DNA of 63,938 bases, counting the filler, from an uncultured Ignavibacteriales bacterium (GTDB lineage: Bacteria; Zixibacteria; MSB-5A5; GN15; JAAZOE01): NCBI GenBank assembly GCA_964611355.1. It is 3 parts of 3 records of this genome, joined end to end, with 100 filler letters (N's around TTAATTAATTAA, not from the genome) between each part and the next. Parts side by side here need not be neighbours in the genome. Positions count along the whole stretch, not along the records: positions 24,562 to 48,695 come from CAZSYD010000035.1; 2 more parts are not named here. One strand, 5' to 3'. Under the pieces are notes generated by a model that was not told where the DNA came from, searched no databases, and saw nothing but the letters and a program-made list of their open reading frames with translations. Position 1 is the first letter of the stretch; each line of letters starts with the position of its first letter. The position numbers were made by a program, and so were the translations under genes. Shown in pieces: positions 39,276 through 47,329 of this stretch.

Positions 39276-42149
39276 TTAGAATGACATCCTCAAACCGACT
39301 AAAATCATGCGCGGTTTGCCGTAGTTCTTCGGATTATTCTCTTTGAGGCGATACTGTTTAACCGCATCCGGGCCGTAGACTTCCGTCCAGGTTTGTCCTT
39401 CGGCGGTTTCCATCCAGCCCGTTTTGTCGCCCTTGCCGGTACCTTCGTAAACATTGAAGACGTTCTCGTTCTCCAGCAGGTTCTGGACCCAGATATAAGG
39501 AGTAAAGGTGAACTGGGCGTAGTTGAACTTCCGCTCAGCCTTCAGGTCGATGCTAAGCGACCACGGCATATTGGACGAGTTGACACGACCGGTCGGCTCC
39601 TGCGAGACTGCAATTCCTTCTCTGGCGGCATCGTACTTGTTGGTCGGCGTGTAGGGAACGCCGCTGGACGCCTGGATCAGGACATTTATGCCCATATCCT
39701 CGAACGGATAAACGTCGCCGATCTTCGGCCCTTCGCTCTTCGTGGTACGGAAGTCGATGACACTGTTTATGCTGTGCCGCTGATCGTAATCGAGCGGATT
39801 GGTGATCTTGGGCGGGCGTTCGGGGGCCTTCCAGGCAACATTATACTGGGTCTCGGCATAGGAACCGGTTCCTGTCGCCCACGAGAGAGTATAATTAAGA
39901 TTCAGGCTGATATTGTGCATCCGCCGCATGGTCAGGTTAAGGTCAATACCCTTAATTGTACCGTAGTCGGTGTTGGCATAATAATCGTATGAGTAAGGCT
40001 GGGCTGGCTGGTGGAATATCTGGGTCTGATCCTGGACATCCTTATAGTAAGCCGTAATCCCAAGGGCGGTGTTGTCGCCGAGCTGATGAGTAATACCCGC
40101 CTCGTACTGGGTGACCTTTTCCGGCTCCAGGTTGGGGCTGGGGAACGGCAGATACGACCCGGCGCCGATTCTGGCCGCCCAAAAATCATATCCTAAAAAC
40201 AGGTTGGTCAGATTGGGCCGCTGGAAAAACTTGCCGTAGTTGATATGAAACTGGGCCTTATCGGAAATCGGGAAAGCGACACCTAAACGAGGCGAAATTC
40301 GAGTAAAGGTTTTACTGTCTTCCAGATCGCCGGGGTCAAGGGTATCGACTCCTGTGACATTGGCCGGATCAAGCGGATTCAACGGGTCCTTAACGCTGAG
40401 GGTATTATAGTCAAAGAAATCAAAACGCAGACCCGCATTAATAATCATACCGCGCCATTCAAACCGATCCTGAATATAGACACCAAGATTGATCGGGTGC
40501 TTGGTCTCGTTTTTGTAGTCTTCGTTATCCGATTCGTTCCCGGTGCTGTCGAAGCCGAATCGATTTACGGTGCGGATCTCGTAACCGTCAACCGGCGTCC
40601 AGTGCTCGAAATAGCGAAGCGTATGGCGCTGGAAATCAAAGCCTAACTTGGTGGTATGGTGACTGAACATCTGCTTGTTGAAGTCGCCCTTGAACCCGAT
40701 ATACGATGATTTCCGGTGAATAATCTGGTCGTAGTAAGATTCGGCGTAACCGATCGTATCGCCGGTTAAAGTATCGGTGATCGGCTCCATCCATTCGCGG
40801 AACAGGTCCAGATCATCCCACTCCGGGTTGTTCACCGGTAAATAATCACGCACATAGGTGTCGATATCGTCAAATAACTCGCCATCCCCACGGACTCGCT
40901 CGGTCAGGAAATAAGAAGCGCTAAGGTTATAGAATGTCTCCGGATCAAGGGCGTGCGTGATCTTGGCGTTGACGCCGAGATTTTTATCCTCTGTGCGAGG
41001 ACAATGCCGGTAGTCGTACAGGTAGCCGTGGAAATACTGACGCCATATGTCTAATGAGTAATTTCCATTCACGGCCAGCTTCAGATTCGGATTGACTTCG
41101 AAATCCAGCTTTCCCTGAGCCGACCAGCCGCTCAGCCAGTTGCTCGGCAACCGGTGGGAATAGCCGTAGGGCATTTCTCCGTATTTGTCATGAAGAGTGT
41201 CGATGCCGTACTCTTCATAAATCTCTTTGGTTTTTACCGACGGGCTGCGGTCGGCCAGCCAGCGGCGCTCGCCGGAAAAGAAGAAATACGATTTCTCCAG
41301 ATTCGGAATCGGTCCGCTGACGTCGCCGGAATAGTAATTGTGATCCCAGCAGTCCATCCCCGGCTTATTGTCGGTCAAAATATCAAGGTTGCCGTGGTAT
41401 TCGTCGGTACCGGAGTTTGTAACCACGTTGACGATACCGGAAGCAACGTGACCGTACTCGGCCGAGAAAACACCCGAGGTAACGGTAACTTCCTTGATGG
41501 CGTTGTTGGCCAGGGTGGTGGTGGAGTTTCCGGTTAGCGGATCCTGCTGAGAGAAGCCGTCAACATAGTAGGCCACCTCGGAAGGACGTCCGCCGCGGAG
41601 GTTGATTTCCGCGTTAAGAGCCGTGGATTCACGGTTACCCCGCTGGCGAACATCAACGTTGGTTTTCATTCTGACCACGCTGTTTTGCAGGCCGATCACA
41701 TCCTCAAAGCCGCGAACCGGCATGGCCTGAATCTCGTCAGCCGTGATGATGTTGATCGAAGTGGTCTTATCCTTGATGACCAGCGGTCTTTCGGCTCTGA
41801 CCGTAATAACCTTGCCGAGATCGGTAACCTCGGAAGTCAACGACATATCCTGGAACGTTGCCAGATCGGCCGAAACGTGGACGTTGGAAACCTCCACCGT
41901 GGCGTATCCCACCGAACTGAAAACCAGCGTATATGTTTCCGTAGGAAGATTAAGGATAATGTACTTCCCGTCCACGTCGGTTTTAGCTCCCATGGTAGTA
42001 CCCTGGATACTCACCGATACGCCGACGAGGGCCTCCCCGGTTTTGGCGTCGACCACCGTACCGGTAATCTCACCGGTAACTGCGCCAAAAACCGGTCCGG
42101 CAAGCAGGCATGCCATTAGGCACGCTACTATAAAGACTTTTTGTTTCAT
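39276..42149 (-). CDS. TonB-dependent receptor with CarboxypepD_reg N-terminal domain
   Basis: GEITGTVVDAKTGEALVGVSV, plug INLRGGR...SAEYG..ASGIVNVVT, PNLEPEK..QYEAG, terminal PRMILVGLRMSF; start after AAGGAGG. Confidence 0.92.
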   Translation of the reverse strand: MKQKVFIVACLMACLLAGPVFGAVTGEITGTVVDAKTGEALVGVSVSIQGTTMGAKTDVDGKYIILNLPTETYTLVFSSVGYATVEVSNVHVSADLATFQDMSLTSEVTDLGKVITVRAERPLVIKDKTTSINIITADEIQAMPVRGFEDVIGLQNSVVRMKTNVDVRQRGNRESTALNAEINLRGGRPSEVAYYVDGFSQQDPLTGNSTTTLANNAIKEVTVTSGVFSAEYGHVASGIVNVVTNSGTDEYHGNLDILTDNKPGMDCWDHNYYSGDVSGPIPNLEKSYFFFSGERRWLADRSPSVKTKEIYEEYGIDTLHDKYGEMPYGYSHRLPSNWLSGWSAQGKLDFEVNPNLKLAVNGNYSLDIWRQYFHGYLYDYRHCPRTEDKNLGVNAKITHALDPETFYNLSASYFLTERVRGDGELFDDIDTYVRDYLPVNNPEWDDLDLFREWMEPITDTLTGDTIGYAESYYDQIIHRKSSYIGFKGDFNKQMFSHHTTKLGFDFQRHTLRYFEHWTPVDGYEIRTVNRFGFDSTGNESDNEDYKNETKHPINLGVYIQDRFEWRGMIINAGLRFDFFDYNTLSVKDPLNPLDPANVTGVDTLDPGDLEDSKTFTRISPRLGVAFPISDKAQFHINYGKFFQRPNLTNLFLGYDFWAARIGAGSYLPFPSPNLEPEKVTQYEAGITHQLGDNTALGITAYYKDVQDQTQIFHQPAQPYSYDYYANTDYGTIKGIDLNLTMRRMHNISLNLNYTLSWATGTGSYAETQYNVAWKAPERPPKITNPLDYDQRHSINSVIDFRTTKSEGPKIGDVYPFEDMGINVLIQASSGVPYTPTNKYDAAREGIAVSQEPTGRVNSSNMPWSLSIDLKAERKFNYAQFTFTPYIWVQNLLENENVFNVYEGTGKGDKTGWMETAEGQTWTEVYGPDAVKQYRLKENNPKNYGKPRMILVGLRMSF

Positions 42150-42345
42150 GCTGTGATTTTCCTCCTTTGTCCTTGGTATTGACAAGTTAATTCCCTTTAC
42201 TTTCACGTTAACTTTCTTCCCATAAGCACACTCCTTTTATTTTAGTTATCCTATGCGCTCCTTCCTATATTTGGATATTATCTTTTCAGGCTGTTTTTCC
42301 AATTCCCTTTGTGTAACGCCTATGGATACACTACTCCTTTGCACC
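42150..42345 (-). promoter_or_regulatory. GGA-rich 5' leader of the TonB receptor operon
   Basis: 12 GGA trinucleotides on the sense (minus) strand versus 2 on the plus strand; TTGACA on the minus strand at about 42371-42376. Confidence 0.45.
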
Positions 42346-42820
42346 AAAAACTCACTATAAATGTATTGTATGTCAATTAAAAAATTTTTAAAAAACAAGG
42401 ACGGAACAACGTTTGGTCGACCACCCTCGGCAAGACCGCAGGCAACTTCCGGTAAAACGCAAACCCCGGTTATTTATTCACATAACATCCGTCGTTTTGC
42501 GCTATAGAAACTTACCGGCAGGCACCGAAGAAACCAGGAAAGAAATAGATCGTTTAGCCTGTGCCATTGCCGGAAACCCGGAGCTTTATGATAATGGCAT
42601 TAGAAGCGATTTTGGATACATCGGCGATACCGGCGCCATGACGCCAACCGCGACGCAACCCCGGATATAATCCTTTCACCCGATCTCCGGTAATCTGACC
42701 GGGCTTGATTCCTTCCGTTTGAATTGCTATTTTCCATCTCAGTATAGCTTCTCTATGACCATAGATTCGGGCGGCGGGCCGTATATTGCCGTTATTGAAA
42801 AGGGATAGGACATAATCGCA

Positions 42821-43306
42821 ATGAACGAGATAAAGTACAAGCCTATCGGAATAATTCATACTCCTTTTGCCGGACCGGCAGGAACCCCGATTCAGCCCAA
42901 ACGCGGGAAAGGAACAAAAGGCACGATTGAGCTTTTTCCGGAATATGCCGAAGGCCTCGACGATCTGGACGGGTTTTCACATATAATCCTTATCTATCAT
43001 TTTCACCGTTCGGAAGGATATCAATTAAAAGTAACTCCTTTCCTCGACGACACCCCGCGCGGGCTGTTTGCCACCCGTGCTCCTCGAAGACCCAACCGGA
43101 TCGGCCTTTCGGTGGTCAGGTTGAACAAGATCGAAGGCGCGACGCTTCATATCGAAGATATCGATATTCTGGACGGCACCCCGCTGCTGGATATAAAGCC
43201 TTATGTTACCGTTTTCGACGAAGTTATTGATTTTCGTATCGGCTGGCTGACCGGCAAGGTTAAACGCGCGGAAAACAAAGACGCCGACGACCGGTTCAGG
43301 CGTTGA
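42821..43306 (+). CDS. tsaA: tRNA (N6-threonylcarbamoyladenosine(37)-N6)-methyltransferase TrmO-like
   Basis: PIGIIHTPF, FSHIILIYHFH, GLFATRAPRRPNRIGLS, DILDGTPLLDIKPY. Confidence 0.93.
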   Translation: MNEIKYKPIGIIHTPFAGPAGTPIQPKRGKGTKGTIELFPEYAEGLDDLDGFSHIILIYHFHRSEGYQLKVTPFLDDTPRGLFATRAPRRPNRIGLSVVRLNKIEGATLHIEDIDILDGTPLLDIKPYVTVFDEVIDFRIGWLTGKVKRAENKDADDRFRR

Positions 43307-43314
43307 GCGGTATA

Positions 43315-43343
43315 ATCGCGCAGCAAGCTGTGAGCCACCTGTC
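43315..43343 (+). repeat. REP-like hairpin repeat, copy 1
   Basis: ATCGCGCAGCAAGCTGTGAGCCACCTGTC; 23/29 identical to 45666-45694. Confidence 0.65.
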
Positions 43344-43635
43344 AATCAGGCATCCGTGATAGTTATCCACAATTCCAGACGTTGAAAATATCGCGTATCC
43401 TGATACCGGTCATGCGGATACAGCGAAATGGGTTTGTTTTGCCATATTTAAAAGTATGCGCTACATATCTTGTGGTAATTACGAAAGGCGGCAGGCCTGA
43501 TAATGATCTGGAAACTGTTTTTTGAACAGCCAAAAGTCCTCCATTGGAAAACGTATTCATTAACGGAGACAGATTATGAAACAGCAGGAAGAATGTATTG
43601 TTGTTGGTGAAGAAGCGACGACTTTCAGCGTTATA

Positions 43636-43664
43636 ATCCCACGGCAAGCCGTCGGCCACCGGTC
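43636..43664 (+). repeat. REP-like hairpin repeat, copy 2, at the istB breakpoint
   Basis: ATCCCACGGCAAGCCGTCGGCCACCGGTC; 26/29 identical to 45666-45694. Confidence 0.75.
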
Positions 43665-44026
43665 AGGCGGCAAAGATCGGCTTCACCGTTCTCTATCGCT
43701 CAATCTTTGATACCATCACCGAACTGATCCAGGGTGAGAACTTCGGCGACAGTATCAAAACTATGAACCGCTATCTCAAAGTCGATCTGCTGATAATCGA
43801 TGACATGGGCATTAAGAAGCTGCCCAAGCAGTCCGGGGAATACCTCTTTGAGATCATCATGCGCCGACACGAAATACGCTCCACCATCATGACTTCCAAC
43901 CGACCACTGGAAGAATGGGGCAAACTGATTGGCGACGTGCCGACTGCGACCGCTATCCTGGATCGCATTCTGCACCGGGCTGAGATCATTCAGATTACAG
44001 GAAAAAGCTACCGGCTCAAAGATTGA
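43664..44026 (+). pseudogene. istB: 5'-truncated IS21 helper ATPase
   Basis: QAAKIGFTVLY...DLLIIDDMG (Walker B), STIMTSNRPLEEW, TAILDRILH, GKSYRLK; Walker A and istA are missing. Confidence 0.88.
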
Positions 44027-44130
44027 GCTTGCCAAAAGGAGAAAAAGATATCATAATTAAGATACCAAACAGAGAAACTGACCGGTTTTAACCCGACCCG
44101 CAATGGACGGTTTTAACCCGACCCGTGACA
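44027..44130 (+). mobile_element. Right end of an IS21-family element
   Basis: Two copies of CGGTTTTAACCCGACCCG (44083-44100, 44108-44125) ending in TGACA at 44130. Confidence 0.8.
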
Positions 44131-44142
44131 GGAATTAGACTG

Positions 44143-44547
44143 ATGGAATTTTTTAATAAATTAAAAAAAATGAGAATAATGCTGATTGACGACGACGAGT
44201 GGATAAGGAGTTCGATGACTATTTTCCTCGAAAGTGAGGGGTGTCAACTTACTGCAATGGAAACGGCCGAAAAGGCTTTGAGTGAATTAGAAATTAAGCC
44301 TTATGACATCATAATCACCGATTATAAGTTACCCGGCATTAGTGGATTAGAATTCTTGGGACGAATTCAACCTCTTTATTCAGAATGTCATAAGGTTTTA
44401 ATAACCGCCTTTGGAAATGACAATATCATATCCAAAGCGCTCCAGCTGGGAGTGGAGAAAGTTATCCAAAAACCATTCACAACTGAGACTATTGAAAAAA
44501 CACTGGCTTACCTGATAGACAAAAATGAAAAGGAAAATGCAAATTAA
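44143..44547 (+). CDS. Single-domain response regulator
   Basis: LIDDD, IITDYKLPGISG, LITAF, QKPF. Confidence 0.9.
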   Translation: MEFFNKLKKMRIMLIDDDEWIRSSMTIFLESEGCQLTAMETAEKALSELEIKPYDIIITDYKLPGISGLEFLGRIQPLYSECHKVLITAFGNDNIISKALQLGVEKVIQKPFTTETIEKTLAYLIDKNEKENAN

Positions 44548-44605
44548 AAAGGTCAGAACAAAAACAAATTCGATATGGAATCTGATTATATAAAGGAGGT
44601 TTATA

Positions 44606-45391
44606 ATGTCAGAATCTGGCGGGTATTTGGTCGATGTTGGCATGCAAAGTCTGCCATTTCCGATGAAAGTTCCATCAAGGGACAATCCTGATGGTCAACG
44701 CACTATTGCAAATATATCTGTTCATGCACGCATAATGCAGGAATTTGAGGCCCAATGGATAGACAAGTTCATACAAATCATACATCAACATAGAGATAGT
44801 ATTGGTCCCGCCACGCTGAAAAAGAACATTGCTGATTATCAAGAAGTATTTGAAGCGTCCTCGGTTCGGATCGATTTTGAATATCCATTCTTTGTGGAGA
44901 AATTAACGCCTGTATCAAAACAAAAATGTCTTGTCAAATACAAATGCGTTTATTCTGCAAAACTACCTTCGATTAATAATCAGCCCAAAATTATCTTTAA
45001 AATTGATGTTCCGGTTATTACAACTGATCCCTCTTCAGACCCCGGAAAGCCAGGGGGATTATTTGGCCAACTAAGTATTATTACAATAGAAATAGAACCT
45101 CAAAAGGAAATCTACCCTGAGGACATTGTAGATATAGTGGATACGAGCGCTTTGGCGCCAGTCTACTCTTTTCTAACACCCGAAGATCAAAATGCAATAA
45201 TTCAAACGGTGCATTCTGAAGAAAAATCTAGCGTAACGGTCGTAGATGAAATAAAGGACAAGTTGGCCCATAATCCTGATATAGGATGGTATTCTTTAAG
45301 ATGCTCCAATCATGGTATGTTACACTCTTATCGTACATTAATCGGAACCGAACAGAATGCCTGGGTACCTTTCAGTGGTTGGGAGGATTAA
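44606..45391 (+). CDS. FolE2 (GTP cyclohydrolase IB)-fold protein with degenerate active site
   Basis: DVGMQSLPFP, FEYPFFVEKLTPVS, APVYSFL align with FolE2, but the CPCSK, HNQR, KRxDE and ESIH motifs are replaced. Confidence 0.75.
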   Translation: MSESGGYLVDVGMQSLPFPMKVPSRDNPDGQRTIANISVHARIMQEFEAQWIDKFIQIIHQHRDSIGPATLKKNIADYQEVFEASSVRIDFEYPFFVEKLTPVSKQKCLVKYKCVYSAKLPSINNQPKIIFKIDVPVITTDPSSDPGKPGGLFGQLSIITIEIEPQKEIYPEDIVDIVDTSALAPVYSFLTPEDQNAIIQTVHSEEKSSVTVVDEIKDKLAHNPDIGWYSLRCSNHGMLHSYRTLIGTEQNAWVPFSGWED

Positions 45392-45467
45392 TGCTTATGA
45401 TTAGTAAATGTGAGCATCTTGTGAAGCTAATATTTTGGCCGTTCACATGTAACACCGGCGTAACTAA

Positions 45468-45600
45468 TATACTGCCCCCCATTAGTGACAGTTGGTTGTT
45501 AAGCTAGTAAATTGCGGCTGGACATTCAAAGGAGTTCAGCCATGAAGCGACGTAAATGGGATTCCAGGGCGAAAACAAAGATCGTTCTGGAAGGTTTGTC
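45468..45600 (+). mobile_element. Left end and truncated orfA of an IS3-family-like element
   Basis: End sequence TATACTGCCCCCCATTAGTGACAG..., RBS AAGGAG, ATG at 45542: MKRRKWDSRAKTKIVLEGL, then abrupt loss. Confidence 0.7.
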
Positions 45601-45626
45601 AGCCGGGTGCCCTATATCCGCGTTTG

Positions 45627-45694
45627 GGTGGCTCACCGCTTGCGGTGAGATCGATATTTAAAACAATCCCACGGCAAGGCGTGAGCCACCGGTC
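45627..45694. repeat. Inverted REP-like doublet (REPIN-like)
   Basis: GGTGGCTCACCGCTTGCGGTGAGAT (45627-45651) and ATCCCACGGCAAGGCGTGAGCCACC (45666-45690): 21/25 inverted identity; each arm contains a hairpin. Confidence 0.75.
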
Positions 45695-45881
45695 GAAGAG
45701 GCAGATGACTGCCATCTGTTTTTCAACTCACATACTGTCCGGGAAGAGGATAACTTTTACAGATAAAATAAGGCCGATTATGAACAACCCAAAAGAAAAG
45801 AAATCGAAATAGGGAATTACACCCATCACTTTTAATTCATTAAGTACCTTTGTAATCAAACCTTTTGTTATGACACCCGCA

Positions 45882-46292
45882 CTATATGTCCTTAAACAAC
45901 CTTGCCAAAGGATTTCCTGGTGCATCGACATCCAGATCAAGAAAATAACCGAACGGCGTTTGATAGACTTCGTAATCTGCTTTCTTTAATCGCTGCTCTG
46001 AATTATCAAGCAATTGCTTTGTAATTTCAGACGATGCTTTACTCTCAGATAAGTGTGTAAAAGAGTGTAGTACTATTCTTTCTGTATTGTTTTTTCTGGC
46101 TGCCCATTTAAGATTTTTAATCAACTTTGTTTCGACATTAGAAAGATGTTCTTCATCTTTTTCTTCTACATGAATAAAGCCGACAACAGCTTTTTCAATT
46201 ACGTTTTGTTCCGTAATTTCAGGTACAGACTCAAGACTTTTCAAATTTGTCTTATAAGCAAATCTATTTGCATATATCATTAATAATTTCAT
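45882..46292 (-). CDS. Stand-alone archaeal-type threonyl-tRNA synthetase editing domain (DTD-like fold)
   Basis: MKLLMIYANRFAYK, FIHVEEKDE, IVLHSFTHLSESKAS, TPFGYF, GNPLARLFK correspond to the ThrRS N-terminal editing motifs (YPFAHLS, APFGYY, GHPLAELS). Confidence 0.82.
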   Translation of the reverse strand: MKLLMIYANRFAYKTNLKSLESVPEITEQNVIEKAVVGFIHVEEKDEEHLSNVETKLIKNLKWAARKNNTERIVLHSFTHLSESKASSEITKQLLDNSEQRLKKADYEVYQTPFGYFLDLDVDAPGNPLARLFKDI

Positions 46293-46331
46293 TTTGATTC
46301 CTCCTATTCACATGCTTGGCCGAAACGAACC

Positions 46332-46673
46332 TCACAAATCATTTAATACCGAAGTAAGAGCTTCCCGTATATTCCCTTTTTCGAAAAAGAGTTTTATACC
46401 TCTTTCTTGCAGTCTTGTTATTCCCTTTTTCCCGATGTGATCAGATATAATGATCGAACAATCATTAATTAAATCATAAACATCCAGGGTCTTTAAATGC
46501 TGCATCGTATCTGCAAAAGGATTCTTTCTTTTCTCAATGAGCTTAAAGCCCTCTCCATTTTCAATTTCATAAATAAACAGATATTTTGCCATGCCCAGCA
46601 TCTTTGGAAAGATATTTTTTTCATCATTGGTCGGGACTGCAATTCTTATGCGCTTTTGTTGGTTCACATTCAT
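46332..46673 (-). CDS. NifB/NifX-family (Nitro_FeMo-Co) protein
   Basis: RIAVPTND, LGMAKYLFIYEIENG, RKNP, DCSIIISDHIG...LQERGI. Confidence 0.75.
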   Translation of the reverse strand: MNVNQQKRIRIAVPTNDEKNIFPKMLGMAKYLFIYEIENGEGFKLIEKRKNPFADTMQHLKTLDVYDLINDCSIIISDHIGKKGITRLQERGIKLFFEKGNIREALTSVLNDL

Positions 46674-47329
46674 TTTTTGGCTTTCAATAATCTTACATAT
46701 TTCTTGAAGAAAAACAAATCTTCAAAGTCAGCGAAATTATTGTTTCCCAGTATCTGCTTCCAGTCTCTTTCGATAAAATCAAAAGCATATTTGCATTCAA
46801 CGGTTTTGAAAATAAAGCGGTATAGTGGCGGCATTTTACTCATGTTAAATTCAGCAAAATCGAGCATGAAAAATAATCCGCCTGGTTTTAAGTGGGTATA
46901 AATATTTTCCATAACCGTTTGGCGGACTTTATGCGGAAAACCGTGGATCACAAAGCTAATAAATATTTTATCAAATTGCTCAGACAGGGAGAATGGAAGA
47001 TCAATTCTTTGCCTGATAAATTTAGTATTCTGATATTTAGCACACTTTTTTTTGAATTGTCTTTCCATTACATGCGAGATATCGATGCCGGTTATTTCTC
47101 CAGCATCACTCAAATATGTTTCCATAATGCAGGCATTACGCCCGGTGCCACAACCTAAATCGAGAATTTTATCTCCAGGCTGAATACCCATTGCCTTAAT
47201 TGCCCTGCTAATAAAGCTGCGATAAAAACCCAGTGTGGCAATGTTCATTACATTATCATAGTTTATTGCCGTTAAGGTTGTTAATTCAACGCCTGAGTCA
47301 GGATATATTTTGTCTGTTTTTAAATTCAT
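46670..47329 (-). CDS. Class I SAM-dependent methyltransferase (UbiE-like)
   Basis: ILDLGCGTG, GIDIS, FDKIFISFVIHGF, LKPGG. Confidence 0.88.
   Translation of the reverse strand: MNLKTDKIYPDSGVELTTLTAINYDNVMNIATLGFYRSFISRAIKAMGIQPGDKILDLGCGTGRNACIMETYLSDAGEITGIDISHVMERQFKKKCAKYQNTKFIRQRIDLPFSLSEQFDKIFISFVIHGFPHKVRQTVMENIYTHLKPGGLFFMLDFAEFNMSKMPPLYRFIFKTVECKYAFDFIERDWKQILGNNNFADFEDLFFFKKYVRLLKAKK

Noticed and set aside
43363..43659. 98-aa minus-strand ORF between two repeats as a RAYT/HUH transposase
   Set aside because: No HUH or catalytic Tyr motif; the translation looks non-coding
43315..45694. Repeats as integron attC sites or a CRISPR array
   Set aside because: No RYYYAAC/GTTRRRY cores, no integron integrase, spacing of 321 and 2030 bp; reported as REP-like instead
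46332..46673. NifX-like gene as evidence of nitrogen fixation
   Set aside because: The family is widespread outside diazotrophs and no nif structural genes are present
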